Of a DNA stretch of 26,386 bases, positions 10,141-20,464 are shown in pieces. This DNA is from Chiloscyllium plagiosum (Eukaryota): the NCBI RefSeq assembly GCF_004010195.1, contig NC_057718.1, positions 83,558,503-83,584,888 on the forward strand, given 5' to 3'. The translations under genes were made by a program, and so were the position numbers. The notes beneath the pieces are model-generated. The model had not been told where the DNA came from, did no database searches, and worked only from the letters and a program-made list of their open reading frames with translations. How positions within the stretch are numbered: position 1 is the first letter of the stretch; the number at the start of each line of letters is the position of its first letter.

Positions 10141-10892
10141 AAAATTTACATTATAGGATTCCTTTCAGGTTTAATATTCCCAGTAATTTGTAATGCAAAT
10201 AAGAGACAAGTAATTTTAAAGCCACATTAAAATCTATATCACCTGAATTACTTTCTTCTCAAAAAAATGGTCTGCCATACACATACTATTAGGTTTAAGC
10301 TCATTTCAAGTTTTTTTTAAAAGAGGTGATGAGGAACTCATGAAAGACCATTCAAATGGTAATTGTCAAGTGTTTCCAAGAAGCTGTGATCCAACAATTA
10401 ATGGCAGTTGTTTTCCAAACTATCAGTTTCCTGTTGAAGAGCTTTGGCAGGATGAATCTTAGAAGTGTGCGCATGACACTCCTTCAGATAACAGGAATCA
10501 CTGCGCTGACTAATTTCCCATTAACTTCCAGATCGTATTGTCTACACACATGCAGTTGGCTAACCATCAAAGCAGTACTTAGTTAAAGGAGGTCTGTCAA
10601 GGAAACTGGTAACATGGCCCTGACAATTAAGCAATGTTGTAAATAAAATGTTAAGTGAGAAATGGGAGTTAATTGTCAACAGAAATGGCAAAAGGCAATG
10701 CTTACACATGAAGAGGTGATCAATCCTGTGTCTGCACTTCAACTTTTCTCTGGCAGAAATATGAGACCAGCCATAATGGATTGTACAAGATTTCTCATTT
10801 CAGTTCACTCAACAAAGTGTGACAATTAATGTTTTGATCATTTTTATTTTAACACATGTAAGCTTTACTTTGAGGTACACTTCATTATTTAT

Positions 10893-11070
10893 GATGTGGA
10901 GGAGCCAGTGTTGGACTGGGGTGAACAAAGTTAAAAATCACACAATACCAGGTTACAGTCCAACAGGTTTATTTGGAAGCACTAGCTTTCAGAGCGCTGC
11001 TCCTTCATCAGGTGGTTGTGGAATATAAAACCATAAGACACAGAATTTAAAGCAAAAGATTACAGTGTCA
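10893..11070 (-). mobile_element. Penelope-like terminal fragment (third family)
   Basis: Contains a hammerhead core at 10980-11014, followed on the minus strand by aaataaacctgttggactgtaacctggt. Confidence 0.7.
10980..11014 (-). ncRNA. Minimal type-I hammerhead ribozyme motif (predicted to need dimerisation)
   Basis: cac-CUGAUGA-A-ggagc-agc-gcucu-GAAA-GC-UA-gug: stem I cac/gug, 5-bp stem II with a closing G-U pair, palindromic AGCU in place of stem III. Confidence 0.7.
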
Positions 11071-11145
11071 TGTCACTATGTGACATTGTGAAGAGTGCAG
11101 GGTGCCCTCCACAATAAAGCTCAGAAGGAGACAGCAGACATCATG

Positions 11146-11475
11146 GAATCACTACAGTACAGAAAGAGGCCATCTGGACCATTGATTCTGCATGATCCTC
11201 CAAACAGCATCCCACCCAGACCTCTACCCTATCCCCATAAACCTGCATTTACTCTAGCTAATCCACCTGGCCTGCATACCCTGTAGACACTACGGAAAAT
11301 TTAGCGTGGCCAACCCACCTAACATACTCATCTTTGGACTTTGGGAGGAAAGCAAAGCACCCAGCAAAGCAAAGCACGGGGTGAAGGTAATACTGCACGT
11401 AGGTTGCCTGGAATTGAATCCAGGTCCCTGGTACTGTGAGGCAGCAGTGCTAACCACTGAGCTATCATGTCATCC
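11146..11475 (-). mobile_element. HE1-type V-SINE (older copy)
   Basis: Reverse complement reads gatagctcagtggttagcactgctgcctcacagtaccagggacctggattcaattcc...ggcctctttctgtactgtagtgattc. Confidence 0.85.
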
Positions 11476-11624
11476 ATGGACCTGGAGTGTTCAGGACTTG
11501 GATCTGGAACTACAAGAAGTTTATTATCAAAATTATCAAAATCAGACAATACATCTTCAAATTCTACATCCTTCCAAACATAGAACGTGCTTCATAACAG
11601 CACTCTGGACATACTTATCGAGTC

Positions 11625-11808
11625 TTCTGTCTACAACACAGAAGAAGGCTCTTCAGCCCATCAGGCGGTCATAAGCAAACACATAACTATTCTAATCCCA
11701 TTTTCCAGCATTGCCTTGTTTGCCTTGGCACCGCAAATGCACAGGTAAATACCTCTTAAGTGATATGAGCATTTCTGCCTTTACCACTCTTTCAGGCAAT
11801 GAGTTCCA
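11625..11808 (-). mobile_element. CR1-type LINE 3' end
   Basis: acaacacagaagaaggctcttcagcccatc...ctaatcccattttccagca...tctgcctttaccactctttcaggcaatgagttccag. Confidence 0.65.
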
Positions 11809-12789
11809 GGGTAATGGACATTGACCTGCAAAGTTGGTATTTGGTCACACACCAATTGGACATTAAGGAAGTAAAACCTTTTACTTTTCTGATTTAGGGC
11901 AGAGTGAACAAGTGATGTGTATGCAATCACTGAAATCTTACATCTTGGCAAAGCCTGCATTCCAGCAAAGCATAATGTTGACTTTTTGTGCTTCTTTCTA
12001 GCAACAGGGAATTAAGTATAATGAATAGAGAAATATAATGAATATTGAAAAACACAGAGCAGCCATTTCAATGTATCAAATACTTCCAAATGCAGCCTGG
12101 AGGAGACAGGTGCATAAACGTTTATCACCAGAATCACTTCAGCTACTAGCAATATGGTCCAGGTCTTGTTCTAGTTCTGCAGTTTTGGTTGCAGCACATG
12201 GCAGATTTTGGTAAAGATGCCCTTAGGAAAATAAAGAAGCCTCAGGCACTTGTCTGAGCTGAAGTTCAGATAGGAAACCTGTCCCTGACCACTCTCTGCA
12301 ATGGGCCCCTCTCTGCCTCCATTTTCCAGCAGCTTTTCCTGTTTTGCTCTGTTTCCCTCTTCCAGATTTCATTCTACAGTATAGGCTAAACCGCACATAA
12401 TAGCTCGCTAATAATTGTGAAGATTTTCCTTTGTGTTGCCACAGGTTATACAGCAGGTAGACTGAGCAGGTAGTTATAAAGATTTGGATGGGAACCCTTC
12501 ACAACAGAGCCCTACCCATCTTAAATCAAATAAATGTTCAGTTTAGGCAAAAATTATGAAGTTGAAGTGTCAGACATCTGAGGTATTATTACTTCATGTT
12601 GTTACACTATACATATATACATTGACCTCAATTTTATTGAGTGACAGGAAAGGTGTTTTGCATGCAGTGGGCACTCCACTAAGGGAAATTCCTTACTGGT
12701 AGTAATTTTGTGGCTACAGTGAAGGAAACTGAATAGAAAATTGTGACAATGCTGCTTTGGCCCTTTAAGTTGATGCAGGTTGAAATAAT

Positions 12790-13890
12790 ACCCTCCCAGT
12801 GCTCTATATTGGTTTTCCCAGTTATTAGCACATCATCCAGACAAATGGCAACCTGGGGTAGCCCTTGTAAAATATTCTCCATGGTCCGTTGGAAAAAGGT
12901 GCATACTGATGATATCCCAAATGACAGTCTTGTACATTGGAGTAAACCCTTATGGGTGTTAATTGTACGTGCTTCAGGAGCTTCTCATCCAGTTGTAATT
13001 GTAGGTAGGCATGACTCATGTCCAGCTCCGTAAAGGATAGCCAACCCCCTCACCAACTCTGTGTACAAGTCCTCTATGCGAGGGATCGGGTATTTATCAA
13101 GCTGTGAGATGCGATTTACCATTTGCTTAAAAATTGCCACAAAGGCGAACTGAGCCATCAAGCTTCACTATCAGAATGACCAGCTGTTCATTCTATGAAC
13201 TGCACTGGTTGGATGGTTACTTTGCTCTCCAGCCTCCTGATTTCTGCCTCTACTTTCACCCACATGGCAAATGGCACCAGGTGGGCCTTGCAAAATCTCA
13301 GAATTGCTTCCTGGTCAACATGCAATGTGGCTTTGGCCCCTTTGATAGTCCCAAGCCCTTCCTGAAAAATGCCTGGGTATTTCACTAGAACTTCACTGAG
13401 GCAGCCATTTTCTAATTGAAAAATGTTGAGCCAATCCAGGCAAATCTTTTCCAACCAATTCCACCCCAATAGGCCTGGGCCTGAGCCTTTCACTTCCATC
13501 AGTGGTTACTGCACCAGCTACTTCTCATAGGAGACTGGAGCTGAAGTCATACCCTTAATCTGCAATGGTTCCCCAGTATATGTTCTCAGTCTGGCTGAGG
13601 TCTTGTGCAAATGTAAGGGTTGGAGTCCCAAGTGAATCTTGTTAACGACAGATTCTGCAATCACAGATACAGCTGCGCCAGCATCAATCTCCAAGAGAAA
13701 TTGGTGACCATTGAACCAAACATTAATTTTAATCTGTAGGGGCAGGCAGGTAGGCCGTCCTTAGCGCTGTCAACCTGGGCAGGTACTGGGATGTTGCTAA
13801 GCAATTTGCAATTTCCCACAGATAAGGGAATTTTCCAGGCCGAGGCTCGGCTTTGTTGTGGGCTTGCTGAGGATCCCACTCTCATCGCCA
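12790..13890 (-). mobile_element. Decayed Ty3/Gypsy internal region (protease and part of RT; gag largely missing)
   Basis: Minus-strand translations: IKINVWFNGHQFLLEIDAGAAVSVIAE...LRTYTGEPLQ (protease, DTG changed to DAG), GSGPGLLGWNWL, MSHAYLQLQLDE, and MENILQGLPQVAICLDDVLITG (YLDD changed to CLDD). Contains stops and frameshifts. Confidence 0.9.
13873..13890 (-). promoter_or_regulatory. Primer-binding site, tRNA-Ser(GCT)-like
   Basis: Minus strand TGGCGATGAGAGTGGGAT lies one base after ...TTTCA (LTR end at 13892). It is close to the complement of a tRNA-Ser(GCT) 3' end (ATCCCACCCTCGTCG-CCA, from memory; 16/18). Confidence 0.7.
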
Positions 13891-13891
13891 C

Positions 13892-14022
13892 TGAAAAGCT
13901 ACACAGAGGTCAATACCCCATCACCAAGTCACCCTTCACTTACTTGTGCGCAGTATTCTGGCTGTGGTCAGCCAGCTCAGAGTCAATCCCCTGAACTGAG
14001 GACGTTATAAATTCCCTATTAA
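13892..14022 (-). mobile_element. 3' part of the Gypsy 5' LTR
   Basis: Ends in CA next to the PBS and is interrupted at 14023 by a poly(A)-tailed insertion; 13958-14022 recurs at 16021-16085. Confidence 0.7.
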
Positions 14023-14058
14023 TTTTTTTAAGTTTTATTAACCAGTACAAATTACAAA

Positions 14059-14308
14059 CTGTTTACATGAACAGCGCTGAAAATGTGTTGCTGGAAAAGC
14101 GCAGCAGATGAGGCAGCATCCAAGGAGCAGGAGAATCGACATTTCGGGCATGAGCCCTTCAGATTTCTGAAGAAGGGCTTATGCCCGAAACGTCGATTCT
14201 CCTGTTCCCTGGATGCTGCCTGACCTGCTGCGCTTTTCCAGCAACACATTTTCAGCTCTGATCTCCAGCATCTGCAGTCCTCACTTTCTCCTGTTTACAT
14301 GAACAGCG
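14059..14308. mobile_element. Fold-back Penelope-like insertion with 18-bp direct repeat
   Basis: CTGTTTACATGAACAGCG at 14059-14076 and 14291-14308; inverted arm ~14076-14160, forward arm ~14167-14292. Confidence 0.9.
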
Positions 14309-14539
14309 ATATACAAGAAACAGCAATTTACAGGGGAAAGGGGCAGCAAAGCCAAACCCCAAACCCCAATGTACAATCAGTTCACAGGGAAACGAGGGCG
14401 AACCTTGAATCCCAGCTTACATTAATAAAGGAGGAAACAGTAAATGCAATCACATACAGACAGTCCGATAAGCCAAACAATAAAAACAGTGTATATATCA
14501 TAGACACCCCCGGCAACCCAGCAAACCACCCATCCCTCC

Positions 14540-15170
14540 CACCTTCTGGCCACTCAAAGGCAGCCCGCCCTTCCGGCTCTCAGACTGCCCATGCTCCTTC
14601 TGGCTCTCAGTCCGCCCTGACACACCTTCCGACCACCTCTCAGACAGTCCGTCCTGTTTCCACACCGCCCCCCAAGATCAGGACAGCCTACCCACCTTTT
14701 GGCTTCCCTAAACATCCTCTCGCGCCTTCCGGCCACTTGTAGGACAGCCCGCCCCATTACCTGCCCAGGTTGACAGCGCTAAGGACGGCCTACCCGCCTG
14801 CCCCTACAGACCATCTGGCTCTCACCCACCCTGATACACCAGCTAGCTTGTGGACTGCCCTGACAACTTTTCGACCACCTCTAGGACACACAGGGACGAC
14901 GAAGCACAGGGCAGCCCATTAGCCTTCTGGATCTCAGACTGCCCCAATGCACCTTCTAGCTCCCAGCTGCTCTGTCACACCTTCCAGCCACCTCAAGGAC
15001 AGTCCATCCCGATTACCCCTTCTCGGGACGACAGCGCTCAGAACGGCTGACCCAGTTTCTGGCTTCGGGGCAACTGGCATCAGGGTAACCTGCCCACCTT
15101 CCAGCCTTCGGGGCAGCCTACCTACCTTCTGGTTCACAGGACAGCCTGCCCACCCTCCAGCTGTCAGGCT
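14540..15170. repeat. Degenerate C-rich minisatellite (~27-29-bp motif, approximately CCTTCYGGCTCTCAGACWGCCC)
   Basis: The motif recurs near 14542, 14569, 14596, 14625, 14725, 14923, 14952, 14980, 15097 and 15125. Confidence 0.7.
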
Positions 15171-15406
15171 GAAAGCTTTTGGGGCGACCTATGAGCCTCC
15201 CACCTCACAGTGAGGCCTGCCAAACGCCAACAAACAGAGTCCTTTCTGCTACACAGAGACCATTACCATAAACAGTTCTCTTCAAAATGCAGAGTCCATT
15301 CCCAGGAACAGAGTCCACTCCAGATACAGAATGCACTGTCAGAGATAGAGTCCACAACCAAAAGCAGAGTCCACTCCTGAAGGCAGCAGGTACACACCCC
15401 ACAGCA

Positions 15407-15633
15407 CACACACAAGTGTTCAGTCTCCATAGAGGCCTGGTTTATCCACAGGGAACCAGGCCCACTTACAGGAACAGAGTACATGCAGTTAACTCACAGG
15501 GGTTTGGTCCACTCCCAAACTCCAGGAAAGAGCGAATGCTCACCTCCCAACACACACACACACACACACAGGTGTTCAGTCTTTACAGAGGCCTAGTCCA
15601 CCAACAAAGGGGCAGGCCTACCCACAGGAACAG
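15407..15633. repeat. ~70-bp diverged direct repeat plus (CA)n tract
   Basis: cacacaca(a/g)gtgttcagtct...agaggcct...caggc...acaggaacag at ~15407-15478 and ~15563-15633; (CA)n at 15550-15570. Confidence 0.75.
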
Positions 15634-15860
15634 CTCATCTGGAAAGGTGCATTTTCTCACAGGGGCTCAGTCCAAATGCCATAAAAGTGAAAACACATAC
15701 AAAAACAAAGAAAACCAAAGTGCAAGGCCTAAGCTCTGCCACAATATCAGCACAGTCCTTTTCTCAAGTAAAAGAAAACGAATAACACACAAGCCAGTGA
15801 AACAACAGTTCCCTAATAAGAACTGAATTACACCCGTAACACATTGACTGTGTAAGTCAG

Positions 15861-15935
15861 CCAGTTTAGAAGTCAGGATCTAGATGAGAGTGGTGCTGGA
15901 AAAGCACAGCAGGTTTTGCCCAGTTTAGAAGTCAG
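15861..15935 (-). mobile_element. 43-bp Penelope-like fragment with 16-bp target duplication
   Basis: CCAGTTTAGAAGTCAG at 15861-15876 and 15920-15935 flanks gagtggtgctggaaaagcacagcaggt, which is shared with the arms at 14090 and 20595. Confidence 0.75.
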
Positions 15936-16071
15936 TCCTCAATAGAAAGGAATACCAGTTAACAGCCAATTTAGGAGTCAGGTTTCCCAAAAAAACAGAA
16001 ACCAACAGCATCAGAACACACTGGCTGTGGCCAGCCAGCTCAAAGCCAGTCTCACAAACTGAGGAGATTCT

Positions 16072-16880
16072 AAATCCCCTGTTAATTTTTTTTTTCATTT
16101 TTTTTTTAACCCCCACACTACCACCTAAGTGCGGTAGTGCTTATTTTATCCCCAGCACCCATGGTGTGTGTGAAATCCCCTGTTAATTTTTTTTTTTCTT
16201 TTTTTTAAATTTAACCCCCACACTACCACCTAAGTGCGGTAGTGCTTATTTTATCCCCAGCACCCATGGTGTGTGTGTGCAGGTGTGAGACACAGTGAAA
16301 GACACAAAGTGCACCAATCTTTATTCAATTTCCACCACCAGGAAGATAGGAAAACACCCGGGTGGCCAGTGACAAACACTGCCCTTCACAGCAAAGGGCA
16401 GTGCTGTGTGATCAAAAACAGTGAAGGGGAGGGTAGGGACTAAATCAAAATAAAATTGGAGGGAGAAATGATGCACTCCAATCCCTGCGGCGCCCACACT
16501 CCTGTTTATATATTTTTTTATTATTTTTTTTTGGCGTGGCTCGGTTGGGCCCAGAGGGGTTTCTTTTTTTTTCTTTTTTATTAAACCCCCACACAATCCC
16601 CTGTTAATTTTTTTTCTTTCTTTTTTTTTGTTTATTTTTTTTTATTTTAACCCCCACACTACCACCTAAGTGCGGTAGTGCTTATTACATTCCTGTGTAT
16701 ATTTTTTCTTTTTTTTCTTTTTTTTTTGTTTATTTTTTTTTATTTTAACCCCCACACTACCACCTAAGTGCGGTAGTGCTTATTTTATCCCCAGCACCCA
16801 TGGTGTGTGTGTGTGCAGGTGTGAGACACAGTGAAAGACACAAGGTGCACCAATCTTTATTCAATTAATCCCCTGTTAAT
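16072..16880 (-). mobile_element. Tandem stack of 5'-truncated Tx1-like LINE 3' ends at one target site
   Basis: Five poly(T)-aacccccacac ends (16108, 16213, 16584, 16649, 16747); AATCCCCTGTTAAT four times (16073, 16174, 16595, 16867); the longest copy encodes WAPQGLECIISPSNFILI* (16496-16440, minus), resembling a Tx1 ORF2 C-terminus. Confidence 0.85.
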
Positions 16881-16972
16881 ACTGGTCAGCCAGGGCTTCT
16901 TTACTGGTCCAGGTTAACAACCCCAATCAAGGATCTCGTAGTCAACAAGATCCACCTAGTTCCAATCACTAT
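16880..16972 (-). mobile_element. Probable 5' (U3) part of the interrupted Gypsy LTR
   Basis: Continues the target sequence after the last duplication and contains CCAAT motifs; a terminal TG is not preserved. Confidence 0.5.
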
Positions 16973-17759
16973 TTAGGTGTTGCAGTCCAGCAGCAGTATC
17001 TTATTCTGCTCCTGAGTGAATGTAGGAAGCAGTATTGGGACTTAAAATATCTAAACAAGGCTGATGCCAGAAGATCAACTGAAATCAGATTCCTGGTGAA
17101 AAATCACAACAATGTCCCTTCCTTTTAGATCTCTCTTAAACAGCACCAAAAGCTGGTGACATTCTTAAAAAAGCCTTTGACACATTTGGTATGACATTTT
17201 GGTATTTTTGTCTTCACTTAGTGACACCCATGCACGATTCTGTCTATTCTAAATTAGAAACTATCTATTTTGAATCTCTTTCCCAAGGACATTTAACTCC
17301 TCCTCGTCTCCACCTCCCCATCAGCCCTTTTTAATCATTAGCTGCAGATTCTCATATGGCAGGCTCTCAAGCTGGCATTTCTCAACAGAGAGGAAGAAAT
17401 GTTTGAACATCAAATTGAAGACTGCCCTTAGGGTATTTCCAAGGTTTTAGAGCATTATGGGCCGAGGCCAAGAATTAGGCAATCTTCCCTTTTTCCTCAG
17501 ATAATAGAAAATAGAAATACTGTGGAAGTAAAGTTCTTTTAAAATAATAATTGATACAAAATAAAATATATATTTGTACATAACTGAGATGGTGACAAAG
17601 CATGGTTCTGGTCAATTGGAGTCTCAGTGGAAAATGTCTGAAGTTCAAACACAAACATGTTCCCCTTGATAGGCAAATATGTAGTTCTCCATTATAAGGC
17701 ATTAACAAGAATAAAAACAATCCCATAGCACAGAATCAAATGCAAAAAACACAAGGAAA

Positions 17760-18300
17760 ACCACAGGAGACCATTCAATCCATCATACGCTGGCATTTTC
17801 AAACATGTTTATAATTAGTCCCGTTGCCTTAATCTTTCTCCAACACTGTACAAAGTTGACCAATGCAAGTATTCATCCAGTTTCCTTTTGGAAGTTACAA
17901 TTTAATCTGCTTTCGTGATCCTTTCAAGCTGTGCACTCAATATCATTAAAAATCTGCTGAGTAAATAAATTCTTCTCAACTTCCCTCAGATTCCTTTGTC
18001 AAATATTTTACATCCCTGTTACCAACTCCCTGTTACCAACCCTCCCGCCAGGAATTAGCTATCCCTCATCTGCACTATCAAAATCCTTTTCTAATATTGA
18101 ATATCTCCATTAAAACTCTTCTTAACATTCTCTGCTCAGTGGAAAACAATCCCAACCTCTCTATAACTGAAGTAAGCTCAGTGCTCACTGCATTCCAATA
18201 AATCTCCAAGGCTTTGACATCCTTCCTAATTTGTGGTGCCCAGAATTGAACACAATGCACCAGCTGGGGCCAAACAGTTTTAGAATAACTTCCTACATTT
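17760..18300 (-). mobile_element. CR1 LINE, RT C-terminus and 3' end
   Basis: ORF 18078-18308 reads KTVWPQLVHCVQFWAPQIRKDVKALE...ERLGLFSTEQRMLRRVLMEIFNIRKG. Confidence 0.85.
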
Positions 18301-18389
18301 GTCCTCAATTTATTTCAAAACTTTACAGGTCATGTTCACAGGAGATATGTAATAGTGGTGTATACACACACAAACAGATGTTGTCGTCA

Positions 18390-19590
18390 TTCTCCATTTA
18401 CTATACAACAGCATCCAAGCTGTGATCCTAAACAACAGATCCACAGCAACTCTAATTCACATTCAATCCGGGGTCAAACAAGGCTGCATGATCGGAAAAG
18501 GCACCTCTCGATCTCCCCTGCAGAAATGCTTGACCTCAAGCTCCCCACTGAAGTGGAGTTTGTCCACAGAAGAAACAAGAACACATTCAACCTCCACCAC
18601 CTGCTGATCAGATCTAAGATTGTCTCATCCTCTGTCATTGAACTACAGTATGCAGATGGTGCTTGCTTTTGCATAGATTCAGAGGCTGAACTCCAAACTA
18701 ATGTCAAAACTTTCAGTAGGTGTATGAGAGCATAGACCTGCCACAAAACATATGTAAGGCAGCAGTCCTCTACTAACCTGCCCCTGCTACACAACACTGC
18801 CACAGTTAGCAAAATCCAAAATGAAGACTTTAACAAATGAATCACTTTCCCTACATTGGGCGCCTAATGCCAGCAAGGGCTGACAATGACAAGGTTCAAC
18901 ACTGCCTTTAGTGTGCCAGCACAGCCTTTGGTCTCCTGAGGAAGTGAGCGTTTGAAGACCAGAGCCTCAAAACCTTCACAATTCTTGATCTACAGAGCAG
19001 TATTGATCCTGCCCTGTACGGTTCAAAGATGTGGACTGTATGGCAACAGGCACCTCTAAACCCTGGAGAGGCTCTACTAGAGCCGTCTCTGCAAACCCAT
19101 CAGCTAGATCAGCATAATAATGACTTCGCTTTCACTCAAACTAACATTCCCAGCATCAAAGCATTGAGCTTGTTCAACCAGCTCCATTGGGTAGTCCGCA
19201 GCAATCGCATTCCTGCAACAAAACTCTCAAACCAAGCTCACTACTTGGAACTGTGGCATGGCAAACTAACCCCAGGAGAGCAGATGAACTGCTTCAAGAA
19301 TGCCTTCAACGTCTCCTTGAAAAATTGCAACTGTCGCATATACATCAGGGAAACCCTGGCCCAAGATTACCCAAACTACAGGGAAAATAGGGCAGGATCT
19401 GTACTGCTTGAGTCTCATCATAAATGGCAAGCCGAAGGCAACACCAAGAGAAAGGGGCACATGGTAAATCAGACATCCCGTTGCCCAATCACCAATTGTC
19501 CCACCTATGAAGATTATGCATTGGACTTTTCAAGTCACCTGAGCACTCATTTTTGTGTGGAAGCAAGTCATCTTTGATCATAATGGACTG
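18390..19590 (+). mobile_element. RTE-clade LINE, decayed RT to 3' end
   Basis: IQSGVKQGC, FNLHHL, VIELQYADGA, NIPSIKAL..NQLHWV, YLELWHGK..GEQ..FKN....LK. Confidence 0.88.
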
Positions 19591-20464
19591 TCTAAAAGGA
19601 GGTTGCACATGCATGGGAATGCTGAGGGAGGGGAAAAATCAATGATGTCAGAAAAGTCAAGGTTGTACAGTTGTCAAGCGTGCTAGGAACATGCAATGCT
19701 GGATATGTTCTGAGCAGATCAGGTTCTCAGCTGCCATGTTCTTGCTCAAGAGTGTGGGGCTCATAAAGCTCTGAAAAATATCTTCCCCTCACCCACATTG
19801 TTCAGAGTTTTCAATGAAACACAAGGTTTTCACTAAGCATCTGCATGAACCTGGCATACTTCCAAAGCCACTTCCTGCTGTTCAGGACAAAAGCTTCGAA
19901 AGGTGGAGTCCCCTAACTTCCTAACTGGCAATAACATCATTTCTTTCTTTCATTTGCTGTTCTTTCACAGAATCAGGTGTACTGTATGATTTTGTATTTT
20001 AAAGTTTAATTTAATGGCTTATTCTCTAGTTCTCCCTCACCTTTTCTTTTCTCTGCACAACCCTGACCCCATCAAATACTCCACTTTTTTAAGCATGAGA
20101 ATGTAAAGGTGTTATTCTGCTGACCGTAGCGCCTGCACTGCTAGACTCTTTAGAAAGTTAGAGGGTAAGGAACAGTTCTTGATTGGAAAACTTTCTTGAA
20201 CATGTGATGGGTGCCAGAGACTCTCTGTTATCCAGGTATGCAGTTCCACATACTCCACATGAATAGGCACCTGACAGCATTACCATGTTGTCTCTCAAGC
20301 GTTGCCAAGGCAAGATCTTCTCTACATGTTGGGACTGGACCTTTCATATGATATCTTGTTTCTCAAGCAGTAACATAATAATGGAGTGCTTAGTAGTGAC
20401 ATAGTCCATACACTGTGACAAAGTGCACAAACTGCACACCAACTCAGGTTTTAGCCAATACGAT

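Larger units (their letters stand above)
14023..16020 (-). mobile_element. ~2-kb poly(A)-tailed, apparently non-coding retroposed element inserted in the LTR
   Basis: Minus-strand 3' end ...ggttAATAAAacttAAAAAAA at 14023-14043; internal degenerate tandem repeats; no recognisable RT or endonuclease; bounded by the 65-bp LTR repeat. Confidence 0.5.

Noticed and set aside
14052..14249. Recurrent peptide MCCWKSAAGQAAS (also 20587-20841) as a small gene family
   Set aside because: It is the antisense translation of the Penelope-like terminal repeat.
14299..15826. Pro/Ser/Thr-rich ORFs (147 aa and 179 aa) as mucin-like exons
   Set aside because: Explained by C-rich degenerate tandem repeats; no splice structure or domain support.
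16072..16880. CRISPR-like or simple slippage array
   Set aside because: The intervening units are poly(A)-tailed copies of one LINE 3' end with different truncations.
18013..18040. 14-bp tandem duplication TCCCTGTTACCAAC resembling the LTR target motif
   Set aside because: No inserted element or poly(A) between the copies; an ordinary micro-duplication in a CR1 remnant.
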